From Candidatus Hydrogenedentota bacterium (GTDB lineage: Bacteria; Hydrogenedentota; Hydrogenedentia; Hydrogenedentales; SLHB01): DNA of 64,000 nucleotides. A model generated the notes under the pieces. It worked only from the letters and a program-made list of their open reading frames with translations, searched no databases and had not been told where the DNA came from. A program made the translations under genes and the position numbers. The stretch covers positions 23,128 through 87,127 of the forward strand of contig JBPOJD010000003.1 in the NCBI GenBank assembly GCA_052033955.1. The letters run 5' to 3'. Shown here in pieces: positions 9,628 to 18,949 of the stretch; within the stretch, counting starts at the first letter, position 1, and every line of letters begins with the position of its first letter.

Positions 9628-10623
9628 ATGGGTCTATTGCCGACGCGCCCCGAGCGGCGCGTCTCGCTGTCGTGGATCCGGTACACGAGCCGGGGGCCCA
9701 GCTTCGCGGCCGCGCTCTCGGCCGAACACTACTTCATCCAGCACGGCGAGCCATGGGGTTTCCTGAAATACATTGCGCGGACGCTGGCGTCCCTCGCGAT
9801 TCTGCTGCGGCGCCGGCCATCCCTGGTCATCGCGATGAATCCGCCGCTGTTCGCGCCCCTGCTGGCGTGGCTGTACTGTCGGCTGTTCGACGCCGACTAC
9901 GTCATGGATTCGCACTCCGGGGCGTTCAATAATCCGGTCTGGGCACGTTTCCGGCGGCTTCACCGCTTTCTCTCGCGCCGAGCCCTGTTCTGTGTGGTGC
10001 ACAACGAGGTGATCCACGCGCAACTGCGCGAATTCGGCGCGCGCGGGGTCGTGGTGTCGGATATCGCCTGCGACCTCGAACAGGGGCACTACCCGCTCGC
10101 CGACGGTATTCACGTCGCCGTCGTGTCCCAATACAGTTTCGACGAGCCGCTCGATGCGGTCTGGGAAGCGGCGCGCCGGATGCCGCACGTGACCTTTCAC
10201 GTGACCGGCAATGACAAGAAGGCACCGCGCGCCCTGCTCGAATCCCGCCCCGGCAACGTCGTCCTGACCGGCTTTCTGCCGGCGGCGGACTACGGCGCGC
10301 TGATGGCCCACGCCACCGTGATTCTGGCGCTCACCACTCGCGACAACACGATGCAGCGCGGCGGCAGCGAGGCAATCTCCGTCGGGCGGCCGCTGGTCAC
10401 GTCGGACTGGGCGTTGCTGCGCGAGGCCTACCGCGACGGCGCGGTGTACTGCGACAACTCGCCCGGGGGAATCCAGACCGCCATCGACGAGGTCCTGCAC
10501 AACCTGCCCCGCCACGAGCAGGGCATTGCCGCGTTGCGCGCCGCCCGGGATGCCCGCTGGCATGCCACGCTGGCGCAGATCGAGGCGCTGTTGTCCGAGG
10601 GCGGGCGCGCGTTGACGCGTTGA
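9628..10623 (+). CDS. Glycosyltransferase (GT-B fold, group 1-like)
   Basis: ATG at 9628 sits 8 nt after an AAGGAG Shine-Dalgarno. C-terminal half (HVTGNDKKAPRALLESRPGNVVLTGFLPAADYGALMAHATVILALTTRD...) resembles the GT4 C-terminal donor-binding domain. Confidence 0.55.
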   Translation: MGLLPTRPERRVSLSWIRYTSRGPSFAAALSAEHYFIQHGEPWGFLKYIARTLASLAILLRRRPSLVIAMNPPLFAPLLAWLYCRLFDADYVMDSHSGAFNNPVWARFRRLHRFLSRRALFCVVHNEVIHAQLREFGARGVVVSDIACDLEQGHYPLADGIHVAVVSQYSFDEPLDAVWEAARRMPHVTFHVTGNDKKAPRALLESRPGNVVLTGFLPAADYGALMAHATVILALTTRDNTMQRGGSEAISVGRPLVTSDWALLREAYRDGAVYCDNSPGGIQTAIDEVLHNLPRHEQGIAALRAARDARWHATLAQIEALLSEGGRALTR

Positions 10624-10698
10624 ACGTCAGGAAAAGCGCCGGTATACTCGTGGCTCACGCTCCGGGGACGCGCTGCTGCAAAGGATGGGACGGCAATC

Positions 10699-11610
10699 AT
10701 GGTGAAATCGCTGGTGAGATCCTGCGTCGCGCGCATGACGCATGCGATGCTCCGGGTCGCGCACGTGCCGCGCGTGCACGGCCGCCTCGAACAACGTGCG
10801 ACGATGCAGGGGGCGCGCGACCTGCGCCACCGGTACCTTGCCCCGCCGTCAAAAGAGGATCCCCGTCATTTGACGTGGCACGAGAACAGTGTGTACTCGC
10901 AAAATGGCGAGGACGGCATCCTGCAACACCTATTCTCCGAGATCGGGACCGGCTCGAAGCAGTTTGTCGAGTTCGGCGTTGAGGATGGCACGGAATGTAA
11001 CAGCGCCTTTCTGTCCATAGAGATGGGATGGAGCGGCCTTCTGATGGACGGCAGCGACGAGAATGCCCGCCGGGGCCGCATTTTCTATGATGCGATGATT
11101 CCGCATCGTCCTGGGGCGGTTGTCTTCAAGAGGGCCTGGATCACGCGCGAGAACATCAATGGCCTGATTGAGGAGAGTGGTTTCCGAGGCGAGATCGATC
11201 TGCTGAGTGTTGATATTGACGGTAATGACTACTGGGTGTGGCAGGCCATTGACGTAGTGCAGCCGCGGGTGGTGGTGGTGGAGTACAACGCCACCTTCGG
11301 TCCGGATCGTGCGGTCACGGTGCCCTATGAAGCGGATTTCGATCGCAGAAAGAAGTCGCCGACGCACTTTTACCACGGTGCATCGCTTGCGGCGCTTGAG
11401 AAGCTCGGCCGGGCCAAGGGCTACCGGCTGATTGGATGCGAATCGACCGGGGTCAATGCCTTCTTCGTTCGCGAGGACGTGATGGCGGATCACTTCCATG
11501 CCTTCAGCGCACGGGCCGCGTACATTCCTCAGCGGGCACGCCTCTTGAGAGGGTTCTCCACCGCCGCGCAGATGACGGCGATCCAACACCTTCCACTGGT
11601 CGAGGTATGA
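10699..11610 (+). CDS. FkbM-family SAM-dependent methyltransferase
   Basis: FVEFGVEDGTECNS (the FxDxGAnxG-like motif) and LLSVDIDGNDYWVWQAI (the lkiDvEGaE-like motif) match Methyltransf_21/FkbM. Sits inside the polysaccharide cluster. Start uncertain; later in-frame ATGs are possible. Confidence 0.5.
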   Translation: MVKSLVRSCVARMTHAMLRVAHVPRVHGRLEQRATMQGARDLRHRYLAPPSKEDPRHLTWHENSVYSQNGEDGILQHLFSEIGTGSKQFVEFGVEDGTECNSAFLSIEMGWSGLLMDGSDENARRGRIFYDAMIPHRPGAVVFKRAWITRENINGLIEESGFRGEIDLLSVDIDGNDYWVWQAIDVVQPRVVVVEYNATFGPDRAVTVPYEADFDRRKKSPTHFYHGASLAALEKLGRAKGYRLIGCESTGVNAFFVREDVMADHFHAFSARAAYIPQRARLLRGFSTAAQMTAIQHLPLVEV

Positions 11611-12902
11611 CGATATCGCGTGAGGAGATGCCTGTGCAGGCAATCGTCGCGTCTTCCAATGCCCCCATTCGTGTCTGTATGGCCGGCAGCCTCCCGCCAC
11701 CGACGGGAGGCGTACCGGAACTGTGTGTGCAGGTATCGCGTCGGCTCCCCTCCGCTGGCGTGACGGTTACCTTCGTGGACATCACGAAGCACCGGCGTAA
11801 CAAGCGTGTGCCGGACCATGCGGACCCCTATCTCCGTGGATCGATGGCGCGGCGGCTCCTTCGTGTCTCGGGTCATGTTCCGCTCCTGGTTAGGTACGCG
11901 TGGCAACTCTTCCGGGATCACCGCGCGCTGTTGGGTGGCGTGCGGCAAGTAGTCCGTGTCGCCGAGATGGCAACGGTGATTCACTTGGGATGCACGAAAT
12001 TCGGCCGGCCCGATGTGATTCACGCGCACCATGCCGCGGCCCGCGCTCTTGCCGGGATCGTCGTGGCCAGGACGCTGAAGGTGCCCTGCATCGTTACGAT
12101 CTACAGCGCGGAATTTGTGGAGACGTGGGCGAATCTCCCGCTCGCAATCTACTGCTGCAACGAGGCGGATCATGTCATCGCGATCTCGGAGTTCGCACTC
12201 CAGTTGGCCCGCGAACTGGGGGCGGACCCCGCGGCAAGCGTCGTCTACTGCGGCGTCGATCATGAGTATTTCAAGCGTTCCGCTGACGCGGCGCGTGTTC
12301 GCCCGAAATACGGCGTGGGGGCCGACGACCGGCTTGTGCTGTATGCGGGCTGGTACATCCATCGCAAGGGCCCCGATGTCCTCGTGGAGGCGCTGTGTCT
12401 ACTCAAGGAGAAAGGCCGGCTTCGTAGTGTCAAATGCGTCATGTGTGGTCCCGAGGAAGGACTCGGCCCGCGGCTGCGGCAGCTCGTGTTGGAGTATGGG
12501 CTTGAGGCGCACGTGAACGTTACGGGCGAGGTGCCTTTTGGGGACCTGGTGCAGTTGCATGCCACGGCCGATGTCTTTGTGTTCCCGACGCGGTGCCGCA
12601 CCGAAGGCTTCGGATTGGCCGCCGCCGAGGCGATGGCAAGCGGTACCCCCGTGGTCGCGTCACGCATTGGCGCCATCCCCGAGGTCGTGGAGGACGGCGT
12701 GACCGGCCTGCTGGCGACGCCGGATGACCCGGCGGATCTCGCCGACAAGCTGGAGCGACTTCTGAGCGATGAGCCCCTGCGTGCGCGGATGGCGGCGGCA
12801 GGGCCGGTGCGGATGCGGGAGAGGTTCAGTTGGCAGCGGGCCGCCGACGAGACCGCCGCCGTGTACCGGAAGGTCCTCGATTCCTTCGCCTCGGACCGGT
12901 AG
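11607..12902 (+). CDS. Glycosyltransferase family 4
   Basis: C-terminal GT4 signature region FPTRCRTEGFGLAAAEAMASGTPVVASRIGAIPEVVEDGVTGLL (EX7E-like). Its ATG overlaps the upstream stop (ATGA). Confidence 0.8.
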   Translation: MTISREEMPVQAIVASSNAPIRVCMAGSLPPPTGGVPELCVQVSRRLPSAGVTVTFVDITKHRRNKRVPDHADPYLRGSMARRLLRVSGHVPLLVRYAWQLFRDHRALLGGVRQVVRVAEMATVIHLGCTKFGRPDVIHAHHAAARALAGIVVARTLKVPCIVTIYSAEFVETWANLPLAIYCCNEADHVIAISEFALQLARELGADPAASVVYCGVDHEYFKRSADAARVRPKYGVGADDRLVLYAGWYIHRKGPDVLVEALCLLKEKGRLRSVKCVMCGPEEGLGPRLRQLVLEYGLEAHVNVTGEVPFGDLVQLHATADVFVFPTRCRTEGFGLAAAEAMASGTPVVASRIGAIPEVVEDGVTGLLATPDDPADLADKLERLLSDEPLRARMAAAGPVRMRERFSWQRAADETAAVYRKVLDSFASDR

Positions 12903-12950
12903 GGTCCGTTCTCAAGACCCTTCCTTGCGGCGCATCGTGCGGGGCCACGT

Positions 12951-14423
12951 TCAGATCTGACGGCCCCCCCGGGCCAGTTTCCCGCGAACGAAGCCGCTGA
13001 TCTGACGTCGTTCCTTCGGCGACACGATGCCAAACGCGAAGAGAACGAATACGAAGCCCATCAACGCCCCCGTCCTCACGGGCAGCGATACCAGGTAGGA
13101 CAGCGGATACGCGACGTAACAAAGTGCGCCGAGCGCGCCACCCGCGAGGAGGAGGGCGGCCAGGCGGCCGCGCTCATAGGGCACCGGATACACGCGCTGT
13201 GCCAGGACATACGCAACGCAGGCCTCCAGACTGAAGGCGAGGAACGTTGCCTGCGCGGCGCCTTCCATGCCGATGACGCGGATCAGCACCAGGGTCAGGA
13301 CCACCTTGGCCGCGGCGCCCATCACGTAGACCACCGCAACCAACGAGGTCTTCTTGGCGATGGTGATGTTGTTGCTCAACAGGAGCGTCGTCATGGACGA
13401 TACATACGAGAACGCGAACCACGGGATGTAGCGCACGGCGGCGGCGAGTGCGGGGGTGCCAAGAATCAGCACCAGTTCGGGAGCGAACGCGGTCAGACCG
13501 AGTGCCGCAAACAGCACGGCGGCAATCAGCAGGCGGTGAATGCGGCCAAGTATGGCCGGTCCATCGGGCTCGTTGGCGATCTGGAACGAGGCGGGTGGCC
13601 AGGCAGTCTGCATGGACCGTGTGACCAGCGCCATCATGATGGAGACTTTGAAGGCGAAGGAGTACGGCGCCATGGCCTCCAGGCCGAAGGCGCTCCGCAG
13701 GATGTAGCGGTCGGATACCGTTATCACGACGTAGGCCAGACCGCACAGCGTGAGCGGGACCCCGAAGGTGAGCATCTTGCGCGCCAGGACGGGGTCAAAA
13801 CGCGGGACGACCCATTTCCGGCACACCCACAGGCCGCTCAGCGCCATGGCCGACAGCCCGGCAAGATCGCCCCAGAGCACGCCGGCCGTGCCCATGTCGA
13901 AGTACACCACCAGCAGCAGGATAAGGGGCGGCCCCAGAACGACCCGTACGATAGTGAGCGTGACGTAGGTCGCGCTGCGTTCCTGGGCGCGCAGCAGCGA
14001 CAGTGGCTGGTTTCCAAGGACGGTTACGGCAGTGAGACAGACAATGAGCGGCACAAGCCCGGCGTGTTCCGGAGATCCAAAGATCGCCTGTGCCAAGGGG
14101 CGGCTGAACGCGAATCCAGCCACGATGCCAGTGCCTGCGAACAGCGCTACCAGGGCCAGGCTCGTGCTGAAGATCCGGCGACGCGACTCCTCGCCGTCAA
14201 CAAGATAATAGAAGCGCATCAGGGCGGTTGAGAGGCCTATCTCCAGAACGGGGATAGCGAACAATACCGTTGTGGTGCTCAGGTCCCAGATCGACATCTC
14301 GGCGAGTTGATCCTGCCACACGCGCGAATAGATAGGCAGAAGAATAAACGAGATGCCCCGGCTGGCAATCAATCCGGCGCTGTATATGCCCGTGTGCCAA
14401 AGCGTCCGCCGCGTTACTCCCAT
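12951..14423 (-). CDS. Oligosaccharide flippase (Wzx / polysaccharide biosynthesis protein, MOP superfamily)
   Basis: About 12-14 predicted transmembrane helices. The N-terminus MGVTRRTLWHTGIYSAGLIASRGISFILLPIYSRVW is typical of PST-family flippases. Confidence 0.75.
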   Translation of the reverse strand: MGVTRRTLWHTGIYSAGLIASRGISFILLPIYSRVWQDQLAEMSIWDLSTTTVLFAIPVLEIGLSTALMRFYYLVDGEESRRRIFSTSLALVALFAGTGIVAGFAFSRPLAQAIFGSPEHAGLVPLIVCLTAVTVLGNQPLSLLRAQERSATYVTLTIVRVVLGPPLILLLVVYFDMGTAGVLWGDLAGLSAMALSGLWVCRKWVVPRFDPVLARKMLTFGVPLTLCGLAYVVITVSDRYILRSAFGLEAMAPYSFAFKVSIMMALVTRSMQTAWPPASFQIANEPDGPAILGRIHRLLIAAVLFAALGLTAFAPELVLILGTPALAAAVRYIPWFAFSYVSSMTTLLLSNNITIAKKTSLVAVVYVMGAAAKVVLTLVLIRVIGMEGAAQATFLAFSLEACVAYVLAQRVYPVPYERGRLAALLLAGGALGALCYVAYPLSYLVSLPVRTGALMGFVFVLFAFGIVSPKERRQISGFVRGKLARGGRQI

Positions 14424-15865
14424 GAGGCGTCCGCCCCCCCTTCCACCTGAGGCTTACCGGTCGACGCAAGGAGATGAAGTGTCAGCCCCATGGACATATA
14501 GAGCGCGATGATGCTGCCAACCGCGAGCGGTTGCAGCATGGAGAATCCGAGCGCGCAGCAGTACAATGCGAGCATCGCGACCACCGGGGCGGCGTCAGCC
14601 GTGGTATCCCGGCGGAGTCCCCGGAATACGCGCCGGATCCATGCCACGTGAAACGCGCAGAAGAGCAGGAACCCCGGCACGCCCGTCTGGTACAGCACCG
14701 TCAGCAGTGTGTTGTGGGTACTGGAACGATACCAGTGAAAGAGACCATCGGATGCCCGGAAGGGATACACCAGTACCTGGCCCAGCCCGGCTCCGAGAAG
14801 TGGCCGTGCCGAAAACTGCCGCCAAGCTTCCTGCCACGCGTAGTAGCGCATGTCGTCCTTGAGCGAGAACGATGCCACGCGATCAACGAACTGCTCCCAC
14901 GCGTCGGTGAACGCGTGTGGAAACACGTAGATCGCGGCCGCGGCGCCACACGCGAGCAGAAGGGTGCCGAAGACACACACGTTGAAGAGTCCCTTCAGCC
15001 GTTCGCGCCGGATCCACGCGGCCCCCGCGAGTGCCAGCAAGGGAACGGCCAACGCAAGCACCGCCGATACGCGGTAACCGCTCATGAGCAGCAGCACCAT
15101 GGCCAGGGCGGCGCCGGGCACAGCCATCAGTTTGCCGAACCTTGATCCAGGCGTGCGCAGAATGGCGGCGAAATACGCCAGCGACATGGCCAGCGTGATG
15201 CATTCGGTGTACGAGAGCAGACGCGGCGACGGTATGTTGGCCATAATCACAAACTGGTGTTCGCGCCACGTCTGGCCGGTGGCCAGCCGGTACAGTCCCA
15301 TCGCGGCGACGAGGAGGAATGCGGTCCACAGGGCGGCGGGCACCAGGCGGAGGTGACGCCGGTCAAGCGGCATCAGCAGGACCAGGGGGAAAGCCAGGGA
15401 GTAGAAGAATATCCGCCGATAGGCCCCCAGAACGTCGTTGATGCGATGGTCCCGTAAGACAAGAGTCATCGCCAGTGCCAGGATGCCCCAACAGAAGTAG
15501 GCCGTGTAGGCCCTGGGGACACCAAGTTTGGGCGGCGCGCCGCAGGGTTCCGGGCTTCGTGTTCCTTCGGGTTTGAGCCAGCGCACCACCGGCAACGAGA
15601 GCATCAGCAACAGCACCGCATCCGCGCCGTAGAAGGAGTACCCGCCGATGGAAACCGGGTGCTCGTTCATGGCCACGGCGGCGCCGGTGAGCACGGCGAA
15701 GAATGGCAGCACCAGCCAATCGCCGACGGGCAGCAAAAAGAGTGCGACGGCCACGGCGATGAGCCCCAGAAGAACCGTCAGTTCCACCCAAACCAGCGCG
15801 AAGCCCGCGGCCGCCACCACGACGAGCGCCACTATTCTGGTTGCGGATGTGGATCGGGTCTGCAT
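14414..15865 (-). CDS. O-antigen ligase/polymerase-like membrane protein (Wzy_C domain)
   Basis: Multi-transmembrane protein with a central periplasmic loop (GYRVSAVLALAVPLLALAG...HNTLLTVLYQTGVPG) typical of the Wzy/WaaL family. The six-frame ORF extends to 16612, but its first 249 codons are Arg/Pro-rich, hydrophilic and overlap the divergent asnB-like gene. The ATG at 15865 (MQTRSTSATRIVALVVV...) is chosen as start; the alternative is 15964. Confidence 0.6.
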   Translation of the reverse strand: MQTRSTSATRIVALVVVAAAGFALVWVELTVLLGLIAVAVALFLLPVGDWLVLPFFAVLTGAAVAMNEHPVSIGGYSFYGADAVLLLMLSLPVVRWLKPEGTRSPEPCGAPPKLGVPRAYTAYFCWGILALAMTLVLRDHRINDVLGAYRRIFFYSLAFPLVLLMPLDRRHLRLVPAALWTAFLLVAAMGLYRLATGQTWREHQFVIMANIPSPRLLSYTECITLAMSLAYFAAILRTPGSRFGKLMAVPGAALAMVLLLMSGYRVSAVLALAVPLLALAGAAWIRRERLKGLFNVCVFGTLLLACGAAAAIYVFPHAFTDAWEQFVDRVASFSLKDDMRYYAWQEAWRQFSARPLLGAGLGQVLVYPFRASDGLFHWYRSSTHNTLLTVLYQTGVPGFLLFCAFHVAWIRRVFRGLRRDTTADAAPVVAMLALYCCALGFSMLQPLAVGSIIALYMSMGLTLHLLASTGKPQVEGGADASWE

Positions 15866-16165
15866 CGTGTCTGCGGAGTTTCCTGTGCCGTACCGCCCGA
15901 TAGGACCCGCTGCACGCTGCCGCACCGTGCCGGGCCAAGCCGCCGAAACTATAGCACACGCCATGAACCGTGCGGTAGCCGGCGTGGAGCCGGACAACCT
16001 GATCCTGAGCACCGTGACATCCCCCGCGCCCCGCCTCTCGTCTCTCGGAAAAGCCGTGCCGCGCGGTGGTCGTTTGCGCGGCCCGACCATGCTTGGTATC
16101 CTGCGGTGCATCAGTAGTTGTGCCGTCAATATCAAGGACGTACGCGCGTCCAGTGGAGGGATCGC

Positions 16166-18061
16166 ATGTTCTCGTTTCTCTTCGTTGCGGGCTGTGAAGA
16201 CCAGGCTGCGGGCGAACTGCTCGCGGCAGCTTGCGCGGTGATGAGCGGGCAGATGCCGGGCTGGCGAGCTGACGGCCGCATCGAGACGGCAGACCTGCCC
16301 GAGATCAGCGGTGGATTTGCTGTCATGGTGCCACGGGTCGGTTGGGAGCGTCCCCTCGTGGACGTTCATGTAGACGAGGATACCGCGGCGGTCGTCTATG
16401 GATCGCTCATCCTTGGCGAGGCGTCGATTGCCCGGGCGCTTTGTGGCGCATACCGTCGCGGCGGCGCGTCGGCCGCCCGGCGCCTCGAGGGCCACTATGG
16501 CGCCGTGGTCGTTGATCGTGCCAAGGGCGAGACCGTGGTGCTCGGCGATGTTTTGGGGGACCGGTCGTTGCGTTATGTGCATTCGGGCGGCATGTTGCTG
16601 GTCAGCCCGCATGACCTCACCCTCGTGGCGACCGGGCGCGTGGACGTGACGGACGTTGATCTGTGCAGCGCGGCCGCAGTGCTTGCCTTGGACAACTCCA
16701 CCAAGTCGAAGAGCCTGCTGAAGGGTATCGAGCCAGTGCCGCCGGAGACTTGGCTGCGCTGGCGCCCGGGCCGCCTTGACCAGATGGTGGATCAGCCTTT
16801 TTCATTCGAGAACCGCATTGCGGCGAACGATGCCACGGCCCTGCGCGACCAGAACGAGCGCATTCTAGCGCTGGCACGCCAGCAGGCGGCCGAACATCTC
16901 GCTGGCCGTGATGAGATCGCCCTTGACCTTACGGCTGGCCAGGACTCCCGCGCGATCCTGGCCCTGATCCGTTCGATTTCCGAGCCGCCCCGGATCAACG
17001 CCTATTGTGAGGGCGCACCGTGGTCGCTCGATGTCCGCGGCGCCAGAACAGTTGCACGGGCGGCGGGCATCCATTTTTCCTCGGCCAATCCTTCACCGGT
17101 CGAACCGGACACGTATCTGGACAACCTGGCTCGCAGCGCGTTCTGGATGAACGGTGCGACGGATGCCCAGCGCATGGTTACGGCCCGGCCCGTCTTCCCG
17201 CCTGCGGGCGTTCGCGTGTTTGGCGTCCCGGGGGAGTGTTTCCGGGACCCCTATCCGCTCGGCGATATCAGTGCCTGGCGCGACCAGCCGGCGGTCCGGT
17301 GTGTTTCCGATTTCATCTTCTCGAGAAGCCGGCACCGCACAAGCGGACTGGCGTTTATTCGTTTCCACACGCTTCCGTTCAGAGACGAGCTGCGCCGCTC
17401 AGTCCGCGAGCGTGTCGAGCAACGGCTCAACGACTTTGCCGCGTTCGCGGACGATCCGCACGACATCTGGAGTCTCTTCTACCTGCTTGAGCACATCATG
17501 ATCTGGGGGCAGATGGTCTATCGTGAACCCTATTGCCAGCACTACTGGATCCCGTTTGGCAGCCCGTCCCTGCTCGCGGAGACCTTCCGGTTTCCGGCGC
17601 CGATTGGCCCGCATTGCACGCTTCACCGCGACGCGATTCGGCGGTTCTTCCCGGAGGCCTACCGGATTCCGGTCAACGGCCGCCTTTTCCTGTTCTCGGA
17701 GACCCTTTCCAAGGCGTACAAATACAAGTACTACGCGGAAAAGGCGGTGATGCGGCTGCTGGGGCGCTTCGGGTCGCGCACCCGCCTCTATCAGGACAAG
17801 CTGCGGGCGCATCAGGATGAGCGTGGACGGTTTCTGGCCGAAACGCTGGGGGGCGTGGTGCGCGAGCGCCTGACCGGTTCCGGGAGCGTCGGGGGGCAAC
17901 TTTTCGGCGATGAGGGCCTTGACCGGCTCATGGCGCAGTTCATGGCCGAGCCCGGCTACCGGCACAGCCTCGCCTCCGTATCCCTGCTGCTGTCGATCGA
18001 GAGCTTCCTGCAACAGGCGAGAAATGTCGGGGCGGCCGCCGGTCTTTCTCATCGCGGGTGA
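16166..18061 (+). CDS. Asparagine synthase-family amidotransferase (AsnB/WbpS-like), EPS-associated
   Basis: The AsnB fold and synthetase domain, including a PP-loop-like LTAGQDSRAIL motif, are recognisable. The ATG at 16166 has a GGAGGG Shine-Dalgarno. The N-terminus (MFSFLF...) lacks the Cys2 nucleophile found in the MCG start of canonical AsnB. Confidence 0.75.
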   Translation: MFSFLFVAGCEDQAAGELLAAACAVMSGQMPGWRADGRIETADLPEISGGFAVMVPRVGWERPLVDVHVDEDTAAVVYGSLILGEASIARALCGAYRRGGASAARRLEGHYGAVVVDRAKGETVVLGDVLGDRSLRYVHSGGMLLVSPHDLTLVATGRVDVTDVDLCSAAAVLALDNSTKSKSLLKGIEPVPPETWLRWRPGRLDQMVDQPFSFENRIAANDATALRDQNERILALARQQAAEHLAGRDEIALDLTAGQDSRAILALIRSISEPPRINAYCEGAPWSLDVRGARTVARAAGIHFSSANPSPVEPDTYLDNLARSAFWMNGATDAQRMVTARPVFPPAGVRVFGVPGECFRDPYPLGDISAWRDQPAVRCVSDFIFSRSRHRTSGLAFIRFHTLPFRDELRRSVRERVEQRLNDFAAFADDPHDIWSLFYLLEHIMIWGQMVYREPYCQHYWIPFGSPSLLAETFRFPAPIGPHCTLHRDAIRRFFPEAYRIPVNGRLFLFSETLSKAYKYKYYAEKAVMRLLGRFGSRTRLYQDKLRAHQDERGRFLAETLGGVVRERLTGSGSVGGQLFGDEGLDRLMAQFMAEPGYRHSLASVSLLLSIESFLQQARNVGAAAGLSHRG

Positions 18062-18121
18062 TCTTTCCGGGGGTTCGTGCCATAATGAAGTGGGCAGTAC
18101 GGCCAGCAAGGAGGGGGTGGC

Positions 18122-18928
18122 ATGAAGCTCCTGCGTTGGATGGGTCTGCTATTGGCACTGCTGTTGGGACTCGGAGAGGGCGCGCCAGCGGTGGCGTCAG
18201 CGTCGGGACCCGGCGGTGTGTTGGGCGACTGCGGCTTTTTCATGGCCCGTGTCTGGTTTGACAACAACAAGCCGGATCCCAAGTCATGGAATATTTATCC
18301 GGGCGCGGACCGCAATGCTCTCGAGGAACTCCAGGCGTCGATGCGGTGCAGCGTGCACTTGCCCGGCGGCACGACCAACCTGCAACCCCGGACCGGCGAC
18401 CAGAGTCTCTTCAACGCCGTGGTCGACCTCCACTCCCTTGCCGTGTTGCGCGAGTACCCCGTCTTGTTCATGACATCGGACCGCTGTTTCGATCTGGATC
18501 CGCAACAGAAAAACAACCTGAAGGTCTATCTCGAACAGGGGGGCTTCCTTCTGTTGGATGACTGTGTGTGTTCAAGCGTTGTGGACTCCTGCACCTGCAA
18601 GGAGTGTGCGCCGGATGAGTTCTATCAGTGCGCCTACGCGATGCTCGAGGAATTGTTTGGTGCGGGCGCGGTGACACCGTTGCCGCTGGACCATGAGGTC
18701 TTCCACAACGTCTACGATCTCAGCGCCGTGGGCCTGCCGCACCTGCAAGGGATCAACCACGGCGGCCAAGGCGTCCATATCGACGGCCGCCTGGCGGTGT
18801 TTCTCAGTTCGACCGACATCCACTGCGGCTGGGGAGACCGCGAGCGCACCGAGTTCAAGGGCCGTCACGGTTACGACGAGGCGGTCCAGATGGCGGTCAA
18901 CATCTTCATGTATGCGATGACGCATTAG
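18122..18928 (+). CDS. Secreted protein, DUF4159-like (ThuA/GATase1-like fold)
   Basis: Signal peptide MKLLRWMGLLLALLLGLGEGAPAVASA. Motifs GGFLLLDDC and the C-terminal YDEAVQMAVNIFMYAMTH recall DUF4159 proteins common in Planctomycetes and Verrucomicrobia. Confidence 0.45.
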   Translation: MKLLRWMGLLLALLLGLGEGAPAVASASGPGGVLGDCGFFMARVWFDNNKPDPKSWNIYPGADRNALEELQASMRCSVHLPGGTTNLQPRTGDQSLFNAVVDLHSLAVLREYPVLFMTSDRCFDLDPQQKNNLKVYLEQGGFLLLDDCVCSSVVDSCTCKECAPDEFYQCAYAMLEELFGAGAVTPLPLDHEVFHNVYDLSAVGLPHLQGINHGGQGVHIDGRLAVFLSSTDIHCGWGDRERTEFKGRHGYDEAVQMAVNIFMYAMTH

Positions 18929-18949
18929 CGCGGCCGCGCGCGTCCCTTT

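Noticed and set aside
15866-16612. N-terminal 249 codons of the Wzy-like ORF (to 16612), and analogous N-terminal extensions of ORFs at 30603..31946, 36051..37100, 36859..38796, 39175..40965 and 40626..41975
   Set aside because: The extensions are hydrophilic and Arg/Pro-rich, overlap neighbouring genes, and precede internal ATG codons that begin the recognisable domain with good Shine-Dalgarno or stop/start coupling. Starts were therefore moved downstream.
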